A DNA stretch of 64,000 bases, taken from positions 62,001-126,000 of the IMG/VR virus record IMGVR_UViG_3300035698_035310, one strand, 5' to 3'. Position 1 is the stretch's first letter; every line of letters begins with the position of its first letter. Positions 27,482 through 37,241 of this stretch are shown in pieces. The notes beneath the pieces were generated by a model. The model was not told where the DNA came from. It did no database searches and saw only the letters and a program-made list of their open reading frames with translations. Position numbers and translations under genes: made by a program.

Positions 27482-28480
27482 ATGTCGCATTCTTCTAAAA
27501 AGGTAATTTATTATGCTGCGGTAGCCAATTTTGGTATTGCTATTGCTAAATTTGGTGGTGCATGGCTTACTGGTAGTGCCGCTATGATGTCAGAAGGAAT
27601 TCACTCTTTGGTGGATACCAGCAATCAAGGATTGCTTTTATTGGGGATGAAAAAAGCGAGTAAACCAGCAGATGCCAAACATCCTTCTGGTTATGGTCGT
27701 GAACTTTATTTTTATGCATTTATTGTAGCCATTCTTATTTTTGCAGTTGGTGCAGGTGTATCATTATTGGAAGGTGTAGAAGCATTGATGCATGGTAAAG
27801 CATTATTAATGGGATCGGTTGCATTCGTGGGTTTCAATATTGGATATCAATACATTGTTCTTGGTATTTTATTTTTTGGTATGTTGTTGGAAGGGAAATC
27901 GTGGTTGGTTGCATATCAGGAATTTACTGGATCGTTACCAAATGGTGTAGGTGTGTGGAAAGGTCTTACTGATGTTAAAGACCCGACTGTAGCAGTTATT
28001 TTAGTTGAAGACACTGCTGCTATGTTGGGTTTGTTTGTAGCATTTATTGGTGTAGGGGCAGCATATTATTTTAATAATTCGTTGCTTGATGCTGGTGCAA
28101 CTATTATTATTGGTGTTATTTTAGCATCGGTATCAATGTTTTTGGCGTATGAATGTAAATCGTTATTGATCGGCGAAGCAGCATCACCAGAAGTCCAAAA
28201 AAGTATTGCTGATATTATTTCTGAAATGCCGGGTGTTATTAAAGCGAACGAAGTTATTACTGAACATATTGGGCCAAAAGAAGTTAGAGTATTGATTTCA
28301 TTGGATTTTAAGGATTCTACTTCATCGACGCAAATTGAAGCAATTTCTAGCAGATTGGAAAAGCAAATTAAAAAGAAACACGTCGATGTTACGAGAGTGT
28401 TTGTTGAAGCACAAAGCAGTTATTCGCATGCACGCGATGCTGAAACCGAAGCGGCTGAACATAATGGATTATACGGATGA
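27482..28480 (+). CDS. cation diffusion facilitator (CDF) transporter
   Basis: TGSAAMMSEGIHSLVD, HPSGYGRE, ED-A metal site, ZT dimerisation domain. Confidence 0.93.
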   Translation: MSHSSKKVIYYAAVANFGIAIAKFGGAWLTGSAAMMSEGIHSLVDTSNQGLLLLGMKKASKPADAKHPSGYGRELYFYAFIVAILIFAVGAGVSLLEGVEALMHGKALLMGSVAFVGFNIGYQYIVLGILFFGMLLEGKSWLVAYQEFTGSLPNGVGVWKGLTDVKDPTVAVILVEDTAAMLGLFVAFIGVGAAYYFNNSLLDAGATIIIGVILASVSMFLAYECKSLLIGEAASPEVQKSIADIISEMPGVIKANEVITEHIGPKEVRVLISLDFKDSTSSTQIEAISSRLEKQIKKKHVDVTRVFVEAQSSYSHARDAETEAAEHNGLYG

Positions 28481-29061
28481 AAAAATTAAAAATAGCAGTT
28501 TTAATTTCTGGCAATGGGTCTAACTTACAAGCATTGATAAATTCATGTAGACCGAATGTTTCACCAGTTGAAATCGTATGTGTTATATCTAATGAGGCTT
28601 CTGCATATGGATTAACAAGGGCAAAAGAAAGTGGTATAAGAACATTTGTTGCGCCATATTTATCGACTAAATCGAAGCAAGAAAACGATCAATTTGTGAC
28701 ATATATTTTAAATTATTTTGATGTTGATTTAGTATGTCTTGCCGGATTTATGAAATTATTCACAAATGAATTTTGTGAACGATGGAAAGGTAATTTGATC
28801 AACATACATCCTTCATTGTTGCCCAAGTATAAAGGACTTGACGTATATCAACGAGCACTTGATGACAATGAAACAGTTAGTGGATGCACAATTCATTACG
28901 TGACGGCGAAAATGGACGATGGCCCAATTATTGCTCAATATCAAGTCCCAATTAATGAGGGTGATACATCTGAAGATTTACAAAAACGTATTTTAACAAT
29001 GGAGCATTTGATATATCCTAATGTGGTATATAGAATTGCACATGAACGAGGGTTTGGTTAA
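28477..29061 (+). CDS. purN: phosphoribosylglycinamide formyltransferase
   Basis: LISGNGSNLQA, LAGFM, NIHPSLLP, GCTIH, DDGPII. Confidence 0.95.
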   Translation: MKKLKIAVLISGNGSNLQALINSCRPNVSPVEIVCVISNEASAYGLTRAKESGIRTFVAPYLSTKSKQENDQFVTYILNYFDVDLVCLAGFMKLFTNEFCERWKGNLINIHPSLLPKYKGLDVYQRALDDNETVSGCTIHYVTAKMDDGPIIAQYQVPINEGDTSEDLQKRILTMEHLIYPNVVYRIAHERGFG

Positions 29062-29297
29062 TGCCATTTAGAATGATACGTGTTCGTATACCGATGACAT
29101 TGATGGACTATCAACAGCTTCCAAATTTGTATCAAGCTGATTCTCCTGGTGATTATGAGAAACCGATGTCGATTATGATGGGGCAATATTATGTCCAAGA
29201 AGATAGATATCACGTTGGTGATAAATCATTCATTATGCATTATGGTGCCATTTGGTATCCAAAACAAAAATATTTTATAAAATGGTTAAGGGGATAA
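29061..29297 (+). CDS. hypothetical protein
   Basis: Coupled 78-aa ORF. Confidence 0.55.
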   Translation: MPFRMIRVRIPMTLMDYQQLPNLYQADSPGDYEKPMSIMMGQYYVQEDRYHVGDKSFIMHYGAIWYPKQKYFIKWLRG

Positions 29298-29377
29298 TAC
29301 TATGGAAAGAAAATAAAAGAAAAAGAACAATTAGAGAAACAAATAGCAACGTTAAATAAAAAATTGGAGAAAATGTA

Positions 29378-29968
29378 ATGTCTGATATAAAACCCAAAAT
29401 AACGCTACCAAAAAAACAATATATGCCCGAATATGGCGACATTGACGTTTATGGTGAATATTGCAAATATTTAGAAAAGGTTGATTGGGAGTTATTTCGT
29501 ACCATGAATCCAATGCCCATTCTTGGCATATTCTCAAGTAATCCATGGAACGCAATGCTTGGTTTTGGTATTGATAAAACTTCTGTCGAAAATTTGAAAC
29601 AATGGTCTAGAAATTACTGCCCTTGTTCTGATATGAATTATAATTCCATTGTTCCAGTAAGCATTTTAACATCAGACGCAGATCGATATATTGGTGGTGA
29701 TAAAGCGCATTGGTTTTACGACCTTCTTAGTGATGGCGATTGGAATAGATATCAAAACTGGGGTATTAGTAATGAAGACTCTTCTAAAGATAAATCACGT
29801 GAAACACCAGAAGATTATCTTAGTACGGTGAGTAGAGCAATACTTGGTAGCGGCTATACTGAATGTATTTTACCTAGCGATGGTGGGCATGATTTAATCT
29901 TTGCGATGATTCCTCTTGACAATGGTGATAAAATTGTTACAATAGGATGGGAATGGTATAACAAATAA
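29378..29968 (+). CDS. hypothetical protein
   Basis: 196-aa ORF, GGAG SD; C-terminal WEWYNK. Confidence 0.7.
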   Translation: MSDIKPKITLPKKQYMPEYGDIDVYGEYCKYLEKVDWELFRTMNPMPILGIFSSNPWNAMLGFGIDKTSVENLKQWSRNYCPCSDMNYNSIVPVSILTSDADRYIGGDKAHWFYDLLSDGDWNRYQNWGISNEDSSKDKSRETPEDYLSTVSRAILGSGYTECILPSDGGHDLIFAMIPLDNGDKIVTIGWEWYNK

Positions 29969-30033
29969 AGGACACCAATACAAGTATTGGCAGATAAAAA
30001 ATTCGACTTGGAATATGATTGAAGGGATATAAA

Positions 30034-30966
30034 ATGATTAATAAAGACGCAAAAATTTTAGTAGCAGTATCTGGTGGTGTTGACTCTGTCTATATGTTAC
30101 ATTTGTTATTGAAACTTGGATATTCAAATCTTGGTGTTGTTAATTTCAATCATCAACATCGCGATGAATCTATGATGGAACAACAATTTGTTAGAACGTT
30201 GGCAGAAAATAGCAAACTCGTATTTCACGCCGCAGGTACTAATGTAGATACTCATTGTAAAATGAGAAACGAATCATTCGAGTTAGTGGCAAGAGATTTG
30301 CGGCGCACGTATTTTAATGCTATTATTGAAGAGCATGAATATGAATGGCTTGCATTGGGTCAACATAGTGATGACCAAGCAGAAACTGTTTTATTGAATT
30401 TGTTTCGTGGTTCGGGCGTCCATGGATTGGCTGGAATGCTTGGTGAAGATGAAGAACAAAAAATCTTTCGACCACTACTTCAAATGTCAAAGCATGAAAT
30501 TTATACAAGTGCGATTGCTGCTAATCTCGAATGGCACGAAGATCACACCAATCATGAAACGGAACACGATAGAAATTGGTTGCGCAATGAAATTATTCCA
30601 CAGTTGGAAACTCGCCGCAGTGGATTAAAAACAGTATTGAATGATACTGCTACACGTATGCAAGATATGAGTGATTATATCAAAAGTGAAGCACATCATT
30701 GGTTTGAAAATTATTTTTTAGGAACTGGTTATCAACTTTCAGCCAATCATTACATGGTAGAACATAAAGTTTTACGTGCTGAAATTTTAGGTTTTATTTG
30801 GGTATACTGTAATGGTTCACGTAAAAACTTTAACAACAAAGTAGTGTTTGAAATTGAAAAATGGTTATCGTCTAATCCAGAAGGTGGAACCAAAGTCTAT
30901 TTTGGTGACACATATTTGACTATTAAACATGGATTGGTAACAGTAATTTATGATAAAACAACGTAG
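30034..30966 (+). CDS. tilS: tRNA(Ile)-lysidine synthetase
   Basis: VAVSGGVDS PP-loop, NH..R, ARDLR, HSDDQAETVL, RGSG..GL, RPLL, EDHTN..RN.LR. Confidence 0.93.
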   Translation: MINKDAKILVAVSGGVDSVYMLHLLLKLGYSNLGVVNFNHQHRDESMMEQQFVRTLAENSKLVFHAAGTNVDTHCKMRNESFELVARDLRRTYFNAIIEEHEYEWLALGQHSDDQAETVLLNLFRGSGVHGLAGMLGEDEEQKIFRPLLQMSKHEIYTSAIAANLEWHEDHTNHETEHDRNWLRNEIIPQLETRRSGLKTVLNDTATRMQDMSDYIKSEAHHWFENYFLGTGYQLSANHYMVEHKVLRAEILGFIWVYCNGSRKNFNNKVVFEIEKWLSSNPEGGTKVYFGDTYLTIKHGLVTVIYDKTT

Positions 30967-31234
30967 CTCATTTCCTAGAACTGTATTGGTTGGCAAAGAA
31001 CGCCGACTAATGTTGATGAAATCCATGATGAATGGTATAGAGCAACGGTTGTTGGTCAATCGCGAGGGATGTTATAATATTAAAGATGTTGATATTAAAG
31101 CAATGATGAAAAAAGGTCATGTAACGCTTTTTCGTGTGAAATCGCATTCATTTTGTTGTGAACATAGACAATTATCATATATCAAGATGACTAGAAAAGG
31201 TCGCGTATATTATCGAAAACACATTAAGTGTTGA
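30950..31234 (+). CDS. hypothetical basic protein
   Basis: 94-aa ORF overlapping the tilS end. Confidence 0.5.
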   Translation: MIKQRSSFPRTVLVGKERRLMLMKSMMNGIEQRLLVNREGCYNIKDVDIKAMMKKGHVTLFRVKSHSFCCEHRQLSYIKMTRKGRVYYRKHIKC

Positions 31235-31287
31235 CGGTTAATAATATAGATGATATGATTATTGAAATATGAAAAAGGAAATATAAT

Positions 31288-32538
31288 ATGTCGCATGTTT
31301 TTAAAAATGATTTAATGGTGGATTTGACCGATAGAGGTTTTATACACTCTACTACGGCTGACACCAATCTCGAAAACGCATTAAGTGAGCCATGCGTCAT
31401 TTACTGTGGATTTGATTGCACTGCTGATTCTTTGCATATTGGTAGTTTAGTCCAACTTAAAATGTTAAAAAAGTTTAAAGACGCTGGTCATGTAGTGGTT
31501 CCAGTTATTGGAACTGCTACGACTAAAATTGGCGATCCATCTGGTCGCGATACGGCAAGACCGTTACTTACAGATGAAGAAATTGATCGTAATGCTAGGG
31601 GCATCGAATTCAGCATTTCTAATGTGGTTGATGCTGATGAAGTTATACACAATCATGAATTTATTGAAGAACTTGACGTCGTTGATTTCATGCGCAATAT
31701 CGGTAGTAAGATATCCATCAACACAATGATGAATCTTGAAAGCGTTCGTTCGAGAATGGAAGGCGACGAAGGAATGTCATTTCTTGAATTTTCATACAGT
31801 TTATTTCAAGCATACGATTTCTACAATATCATCAATGAAAACCCAACCATGCATGTAATTCAAATAGGCGGCAGTGATCAATGGGGTAATATCACCATGG
31901 GTTTGGAGTTGGCTAAAAAAATGTGGGATAGCAAAAATCCAATGAAAGAAGCATTTGGCATTACAACGCCATTGTTGACATCGTCTAATGGTCAAAAAAT
32001 GGGCAAAACTGCGGATGGTGTAGTATGGCTCAATGGGAGCAAAATGACTGCATTGGATTTCTGGCAATTTTGGAGAAATATTCCAGATGATGATCTATTC
32101 CATTTGTTGCGATTATTTAGCGATTCAAGTCTTGAATTAATAAACCATATGGATGAGCACGGCAGTGAAACAGATGGTTACATCAACATGATGAAAAAAT
32201 CATTCGCTTGTGAAATGACTTCTATGATTCGCGGTAACGATGAATCATTAAAAGCGGCAAAAATGGCAGAAAGCATATTTGAAGATAAATCAGATATTGA
32301 TTTACCAGAACATAAAGTTGATCGAGAATGCATGGTTAGTAATCTTGCATTGACTGTCTTTTTACGCGAAGAAGGATTTATGAAATCATCCGGCGAAGCC
32401 AAACGCATGATTCAACAAGGTGGAATTCGTATAGACAACGTTAAGGTCGACGATGTCAATACTATTATATCATCAAAAGGTGAATCATTCAAACTAAGCA
32501 TAGGACAAAAGAAACATTACAGGATTGAATTTGAATGA
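31288..32538 (+). CDS. tyrS: tyrosine--tRNA ligase
   Basis: YCGFDCTADSLHIG (HIGH), IGDPSG, QIGGSDQWGNI, KMGKT (KMSKS), C-terminal S4 domain; promoter TTGACG(31231)-N17-TATGAT. Confidence 0.96.
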   Translation: MSHVFKNDLMVDLTDRGFIHSTTADTNLENALSEPCVIYCGFDCTADSLHIGSLVQLKMLKKFKDAGHVVVPVIGTATTKIGDPSGRDTARPLLTDEEIDRNARGIEFSISNVVDADEVIHNHEFIEELDVVDFMRNIGSKISINTMMNLESVRSRMEGDEGMSFLEFSYSLFQAYDFYNIINENPTMHVIQIGGSDQWGNITMGLELAKKMWDSKNPMKEAFGITTPLLTSSNGQKMGKTADGVVWLNGSKMTALDFWQFWRNIPDDDLFHLLRLFSDSSLELINHMDEHGSETDGYINMMKKSFACEMTSMIRGNDESLKAAKMAESIFEDKSDIDLPEHKVDRECMVSNLALTVFLREEGFMKSSGEAKRMIQQGGIRIDNVKVDDVNTIISSKGESFKLSIGQKKHYRIEFE

Positions 32539-32879
32539 TATTTAAAGACGCAGATATTACCCGATTTTGGAGTAAAGTAAAAAGAGAAAAAGAAAACGAC
32601 TGTTGGCATTGGCAAGGTGGAATTCACTGGGCAAGTTCATTGGAAGTTCGTAATCGATATGGTGTATTTCATGCAAATAATAAAAAATATAGAGCACATC
32701 GTGTTTCTTATGCTATAATAAATGGAATAATACCAGATGGGCATGTTGTTAGACATAAGTGCGATAATCCTAAATGTTGCAATCCAGCACATTTGGAAAC
32801 TGGCACACAACAGGAAAACGATATGGATAGAATTATTCGTGGTAGAACGAGGAACGGACATACAGGGAGAATAAAATGA
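32535..32879 (+). CDS. HNH endonuclease
   Basis: RFWSKV..CWHW..YG..AHRVSY..VRHKCDNPKCCNPAHL..GT..EN. Confidence 0.92.
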   Translation: MIFKDADITRFWSKVKREKENDCWHWQGGIHWASSLEVRNRYGVFHANNKKYRAHRVSYAIINGIIPDGHVVRHKCDNPKCCNPAHLETGTQQENDMDRIIRGRTRNGHTGRIK

Positions 32880-33169
32880 AAAAATATATGATTTTGTTAG
32901 TTGGAGTATTAGCGTTGGCTGGTTGTGACAATACCGAAATAGTGAGTGATTGTAGCAATTTAACCACCGAACCGAGACTGGAAATGGAAAAAACTTTCTC
33001 CATGTGTTTGATAAAAACTGACGTTGGCACATGCAAACGCAACGTTGAAGATTTGTATTGTGAAAAACGCATCGTTGAAACAAATAGCGATGGCGCAGTA
33101 GTAAAAATTCATCGTATTTTAGATGGCAAACAAATAATGTCAAATGAGGTCAAACTTGATGTTGAGTAA
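32876..33169 (+). CDS. lipoprotein
   Basis: LAGC lipobox. Confidence 0.75.
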   Translation: MKKYMILLVGVLALAGCDNTEIVSDCSNLTTEPRLEMEKTFSMCLIKTDVGTCKRNVEDLYCEKRIVETNSDGAVVKIHRILDGKQIMSNEVKLDVE

Positions 33170-33494
33170 TAAAAATGCCAATTTAATAGGTGCGGCAATG
33201 GTGTGTTTGACAATTGTTATTGTTGTTAATGTGATAACACCCAATGAGCCGGTAGTGTTCCCACCAATATCTCTAACAAATGTTGAAATGGATTGTGGTT
33301 CTATTACTGCCACCGGGGCAACACGAATGGATGTATATATTAGAACATGCCCATCGGTAGAACTCAGTGCAGGAAGAACGTGTGTTCATCGCGCACCACA
33401 TTTGTTTTGTCCAAAAGTAGTTATCGAACTTAATGTTGATGAAACAGTAAAATCAATTCGTAAGTTTTCCAATATAGAGGTTGAAAATGAGTAA
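33159..33494 (+). CDS. membrane-anchored hypothetical protein
   Basis: GAGGT SD; N-terminal TM. Confidence 0.6.
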   Translation: MLSNKNANLIGAAMVCLTIVIVVNVITPNEPVVFPPISLTNVEMDCGSITATGATRMDVYIRTCPSVELSAGRTCVHRAPHLFCPKVVIELNVDETVKSIRKFSNIEVENE

Positions 33495-33981
33495 ATCGAT
33501 TGCGGTATACGCGGGAAGTTTTTCGCCAATAACTCTGGGACACTTAGATATCATCGAAAAAGCGCGTAATCTGTTTGATGTTATATATGTTTCGGTTGGG
33601 CATAATGAAAATAAAACCAGTTTGTTTACAGTCAACGAACGTATTAAATTGATTAAGTGTTCCATGGAAGAATATGGTATATCAAATGATACAGTTAATG
33701 TTACTTCATTCGATGGATTATTAATTGATCATGCCGAATTGAAAAATGCCACACATTTGGTTCGTGGATTGCGTGCTGCATCTGATTTTGACGCGGAGTT
33801 CACATTGAATGGAACTAACTCCAGAATGAATAATGATATTGTTACAACGTTTTTCATGGCACCACAAGATTTTCTATTTGTGTCATCAAGTACGGTAAAA
33901 GTGTTAGCACCAAGTGGAAAAGATATTTCGTGGATGGTTACGCCGTGTGTTGAAGCAGCACTTAAGGAGAAATTCAAATGA
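33487..33981 (+). CDS. coaD: pantetheine-phosphate adenylyltransferase
   Basis: YAGSFSPITLGHLDII, VRGLRAASDF, VSSSTVK. Confidence 0.95.
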   Translation: MSKSIAVYAGSFSPITLGHLDIIEKARNLFDVIYVSVGHNENKTSLFTVNERIKLIKCSMEEYGISNDTVNVTSFDGLLIDHAELKNATHLVRGLRAASDFDAEFTLNGTNSRMNNDIVTTFFMAPQDFLFVSSSTVKVLAPSGKDISWMVTPCVEAALKEKFK

Positions 33982-34262
33982 CAAAAAAATGGCTAGTTAC
34001 AGTTACAACAACGGATCATTTTTATGTGAAATCATTGAATAGGCGTGATACTTGTTTAATAAACTGGGTTAACAGTTATATCATTGATGATCATCCGGTG
34101 GTATGGTTTAATAATACTATCCGATTATATAATGAATGGTATATGTCCGATGAACGTGATGAACGAAAGGGTGTTATGGAAGTTCATAATATTTTATATT
34201 CTATCGAAATTCCTGATGGTTTAAATGTTGATAAAATCAGAGTATGGAATGACATGGATTAA
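33978..34262 (+). CDS. hypothetical protein
   Basis: AAGGAG SD. Confidence 0.6.
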   Translation: MTKKWLVTVTTTDHFYVKSLNRRDTCLINWVNSYIIDDHPVVWFNNTIRLYNEWYMSDERDERKGVMEVHNILYSIEIPDGLNVDKIRVWNDMD

Positions 34263-34294
34263 TACGCGTTCAGCCATAATGATAAATAATATCT

Positions 34295-34549
34295 ATGGGG
34301 CTACCAATATTAAAATGGGAAAAAATAAATTCCACCAACATTAAACGAACTTCATGGATTCCAGAAGAAGACCCTGAAGCCGACGGTGGCAATATGTATG
34401 TCGATTTTCATTCTGGTTGGATGTATGTTTATTTTGAAGTTCCTAGCGAAGTATATGATGCATTCAAAAAAGCACCATCACGCGGAAAATTTCACGCACA
34501 GCATATTAAATGGAAATATGACTATTCCGTTCTAAATAAGAAAAAATAA
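34295..34549 (+). CDS. KTSC domain protein
   Basis: STNI...VDFHSG..YVYFEVP..VYDAF..APSRGKF...IK; GATAAATA upstream. Confidence 0.85.
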   Translation: MGLPILKWEKINSTNIKRTSWIPEEDPEADGGNMYVDFHSGWMYVYFEVPSEVYDAFKKAPSRGKFHAQHIKWKYDYSVLNKKK

Positions 34550-34619
34550 TATTTGACATAATACCCCCCCCACTGTGATATACTTATATAAGTTTAAAAA
34601 ATATAGGAGAGATATTAGT

Positions 34620-35636
34620 ATGGGATTTTTAACACTATGGTTTATTATTATTATAATTACCGGATTTGCGATGTATATAATGCGCAATGTAAAATTATCA
34701 AAATTAAAACAAAAAATTGAAAAAAGTCACCGTTATCGTGATGACGAGAAAGCGCCTGTTGCGGTTCTTGCTAAATCAGAATGGATGGCATTACCAGGAA
34801 CAATAGGTGGTCTTTTACTCGCAATTACATATGCAATCTGTGCAATTTATATTATTTCTCCTGGACACATCGGTGTTCCAGTATGGTTTGGTAATGTGCA
34901 AGAAACATCACTTGATGATGGTATAATATGGATCAATCCAATGGCTAATATTGATATTATGGATGGTCGACGTTTTGCTTATGAATTCTCTGGCGATTCT
35001 AAACTATTATCAGTTTCTAAAAAACAAAATCCATTAACTGTTGAAGTAGCATTTCCGTTTAACTTGAATACCACTTATGCATGGAAATTACGCCAAAAAA
35101 TTGGCAAGGATGATCGGTATCGTGAACAATTCAAATCATCAGCCCGTTCCGCTGTGCGTTCTGCTATTGCTGAATATGAATGGGGCGAAGTAACTAGCAA
35201 ATTAGAAGAAATTTCTGAAAAAATGCGTAAATATTTCAAACGTAATGTAACGCGTGATTTGGTTGGATTGGGATTCACCACAGAAGAAGCATCTGCCACG
35301 TTTACATTCTTGAATGTTCAGTTGCGCGAGATTGTTCCTGATGAAAAGATTTTAGCAGCAACTGCTGAAAAAATGGCTGCATTGCAAGATTTGGAACGTC
35401 AATCAACATTGACCGAGATTGCTGGCGAGATTGCCGAGCGACGTGAAGCAGAAGGTCGTGGTGTTAGTAAGTTGTTTAACGCACTTCCTGATGGATTTAA
35501 ACCAAGTGAAATCCAAATGGTTCTTGAAGCATTGGCAAATAAAACCCGTGCAGATGCTATGATGAAAGCGGTTGAAACAGGACAAGTTGATACCATCATC
35601 ATGGGAGCAGCAGTTCCTTCGATACCGGCTAAGTAA
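34620..35636 (+). CDS. SPFH/prohibitin (band 7) membrane protein
   Basis: Two TMs; ISPGHIGV..FG.V...L.DG; RSAVRSAIA; coiled coil AERREAEG. Confidence 0.85.
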   Translation: MGFLTLWFIIIIITGFAMYIMRNVKLSKLKQKIEKSHRYRDDEKAPVAVLAKSEWMALPGTIGGLLLAITYAICAIYIISPGHIGVPVWFGNVQETSLDDGIIWINPMANIDIMDGRRFAYEFSGDSKLLSVSKKQNPLTVEVAFPFNLNTTYAWKLRQKIGKDDRYREQFKSSARSAVRSAIAEYEWGEVTSKLEEISEKMRKYFKRNVTRDLVGLGFTTEEASATFTFLNVQLREIVPDEKILAATAEKMAALQDLERQSTLTEIAGEIAERREAEGRGVSKLFNALPDGFKPSEIQMVLEALANKTRADAMMKAVETGQVDTIIMGAAVPSIPAK

Positions 35637-35652
35637 TACACAATGAATGACG

Positions 35653-35677
35653 AAGGCGGGAGAAATCCCGCCTTTTT
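35653..35677 (+). terminator. intrinsic terminator
   Basis: AAGGCGGGA-gaaa-TCCCGCCTTTTT. Confidence 0.9.
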
Positions 35678-35748
35678 CTCACAATTGTTATTGACAAATA
35701 TTATAGATATGGTATCATGAATGAAATTTATTATAAAGGATTATTATT

Positions 35749-36066
35749 ATGAGCGACATTGATGTCATTGACAGAGTGGAAACTGTGGTTATAACTAAAG
35801 TCATAAAACCCAAAAAATACGCGGTGTTGTTGCATAACGATGATTTTACACCAATGGAATTTGTGGTTGTAGTTCTAGAAAAAATATTCAATAAAGGCGC
35901 TGAAGACGCGGTTGAAGTTATGCTTACAATTCATAAATCTGGAAAGGCTGCTGTGGGTTTATACTCTAAAGAAATTGCTGAACAAAAAGTGTTTGACACA
36001 GAGGAATTCGCAAGAATTAATGATTATCCATTAAAAGCCACGATTGAAGAGCAAGGTGAAGATTAA
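35749..36066 (+). CDS. clpS: ATP-dependent Clp protease adaptor
   Basis: YAVLLHNDDFTPMEFVV..MLTIH..G.A.VG.Y.KEIAE.K..YPL. Confidence 0.95.
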   Translation: MSDIDVIDRVETVVITKVIKPKKYAVLLHNDDFTPMEFVVVVLEKIFNKGAEDAVEVMLTIHKSGKAAVGLYSKEIAEQKVFDTEEFARINDYPLKATIEEQGED

Positions 36067-36539
36067 CTGTTAGATGAGTCTTTTGATACACGTGGTGGAA
36101 TGCCACCGTCTGTAATATCAAAACCCATTTGTTTACCATTCTTTTTTAATGTTCCTGGTTTTACATCAACAGTTGAGTTTTGTTTAGTCAATATACCAAC
36201 ACCAGCACTTTCTTCTATATCAGCTTCCATAAATGCATCAAATGATTCTTTATACATTTCATATTTTTCATCATATTTGTGTGACTGTTGGGCATTATTT
36301 ATTGTCGTTTTAGAACTTTCAGAAATTGAAGCAGAACATTCATTCATATTTCTATTACCAGTGCGTTCACCGCAATCACAACAACATCCTTTACTGCCAC
36401 ACTTAGCACCACATTTGCCACCACATTTACAATCAGGGCCACATCCACACGATTCTATTTTGGATTCAGTTATTGTTTTTTTAGAATCAGCAATAATTGG
36501 TAATCCAGCATTCATGAGAACTCTATTTAGATCGTCCAT
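36063..36539 (-). CDS. hypothetical (probably late/virion) protein with metallothionein-like Cys cluster
   Basis: AAGGA SD and ATAAATA upstream on the - strand; CGCGPDCKCGGKCGAKCGSKGCCCDC. Confidence 0.7.
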   Translation of the reverse strand: MDDLNRVLMNAGLPIIADSKKTITESKIESCGCGPDCKCGGKCGAKCGSKGCCCDCGERTGNRNMNECSASISESSKTTINNAQQSHKYDEKYEMYKESFDAFMEADIEESAGVGILTKQNSTVDVKPGTLKKNGKQMGFDITDGGIPPRVSKDSSNS

Positions 36540-36608
36540 AATATTTTCCTTGACAAATTTGATATTTACTTATATATTATTTATATTTATTGGATTTAGG
36601 AGACTGTC

Positions 36609-37241
36609 ATGCAAAAGCAAATCGACTATCAGGAGTTGGCAAACGCCGATGTATCTGCTGGTTTGTCGCACACCAACGTTCACGATCATTTGAAGCAGAA
36701 TTCGGTGGAAGTCAATCGTGCATTGACAGTTGATGACAGGGCACCATTTGGTGTTTGTGTGCTGAATATTACCGGCGAGTTGAATGTGGGCACTGTCGTG
36801 CGAACTGCGCACCTTACAGGCGCTTCTAAGGTGGGAATTATTGGTCGCAAAAAGTATGATTCTAGGGGCGAAGTCGGTTCTTCGAAGTATTTCGACGTTG
36901 AGCGTATTTCAGGTCTTAATGATGATGGTTTAACTATCAATCCTGACGTATTTTGGGATTGGATTGACACCAATCGATTTAGCCCGATATTTGTTGAGCA
37001 AGGTGGTACGTTGTTAAAGGATGTTAATTGGGAGTTACGATGTCGTGATATGCGCATGCTTTCGCAACGACCATGTTTAGTATTTGGCAACGAGAATCGC
37101 GGCATTCAAGATGATATTTTACATGATTCACGTGGAACTATTGTTTCATTAAGCCAATGTGGTGTTATTCGATCTTATAACGTAGCATCGACGGCGGCAA
37201 TTGTTATGTATCATTTAACGAGTTATATGGGGTGGTTTTGA
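36609..37241 (+). CDS. TrmH/SpoU-family SPOUT RNA methyltransferase
   Basis: NVGTVVRTA, LVFGNENRGI, SYNVASTAAI. Confidence 0.9.
   Translation: MQKQIDYQELANADVSAGLSHTNVHDHLKQNSVEVNRALTVDDRAPFGVCVLNITGELNVGTVVRTAHLTGASKVGIIGRKKYDSRGEVGSSKYFDVERISGLNDDGLTINPDVFWDWIDTNRFSPIFVEQGGTLLKDVNWELRCRDMRMLSQRPCLVFGNENRGIQDDILHDSRGTIVSLSQCGVIRSYNVASTAAIVMYHLTSYMGWF

Noticed and set aside
29298-29378. Small coiled-coil ORF remnant (KIKEKEQLEKQIATLNKKLEKM)
   Set aside because: No in-frame start codon; too short to call.
36100-36693. 197-aa + strand ORF
   Set aside because: Antisense to 36063-36539, which has an SD and late promoter, and overlaps the TrmH start.
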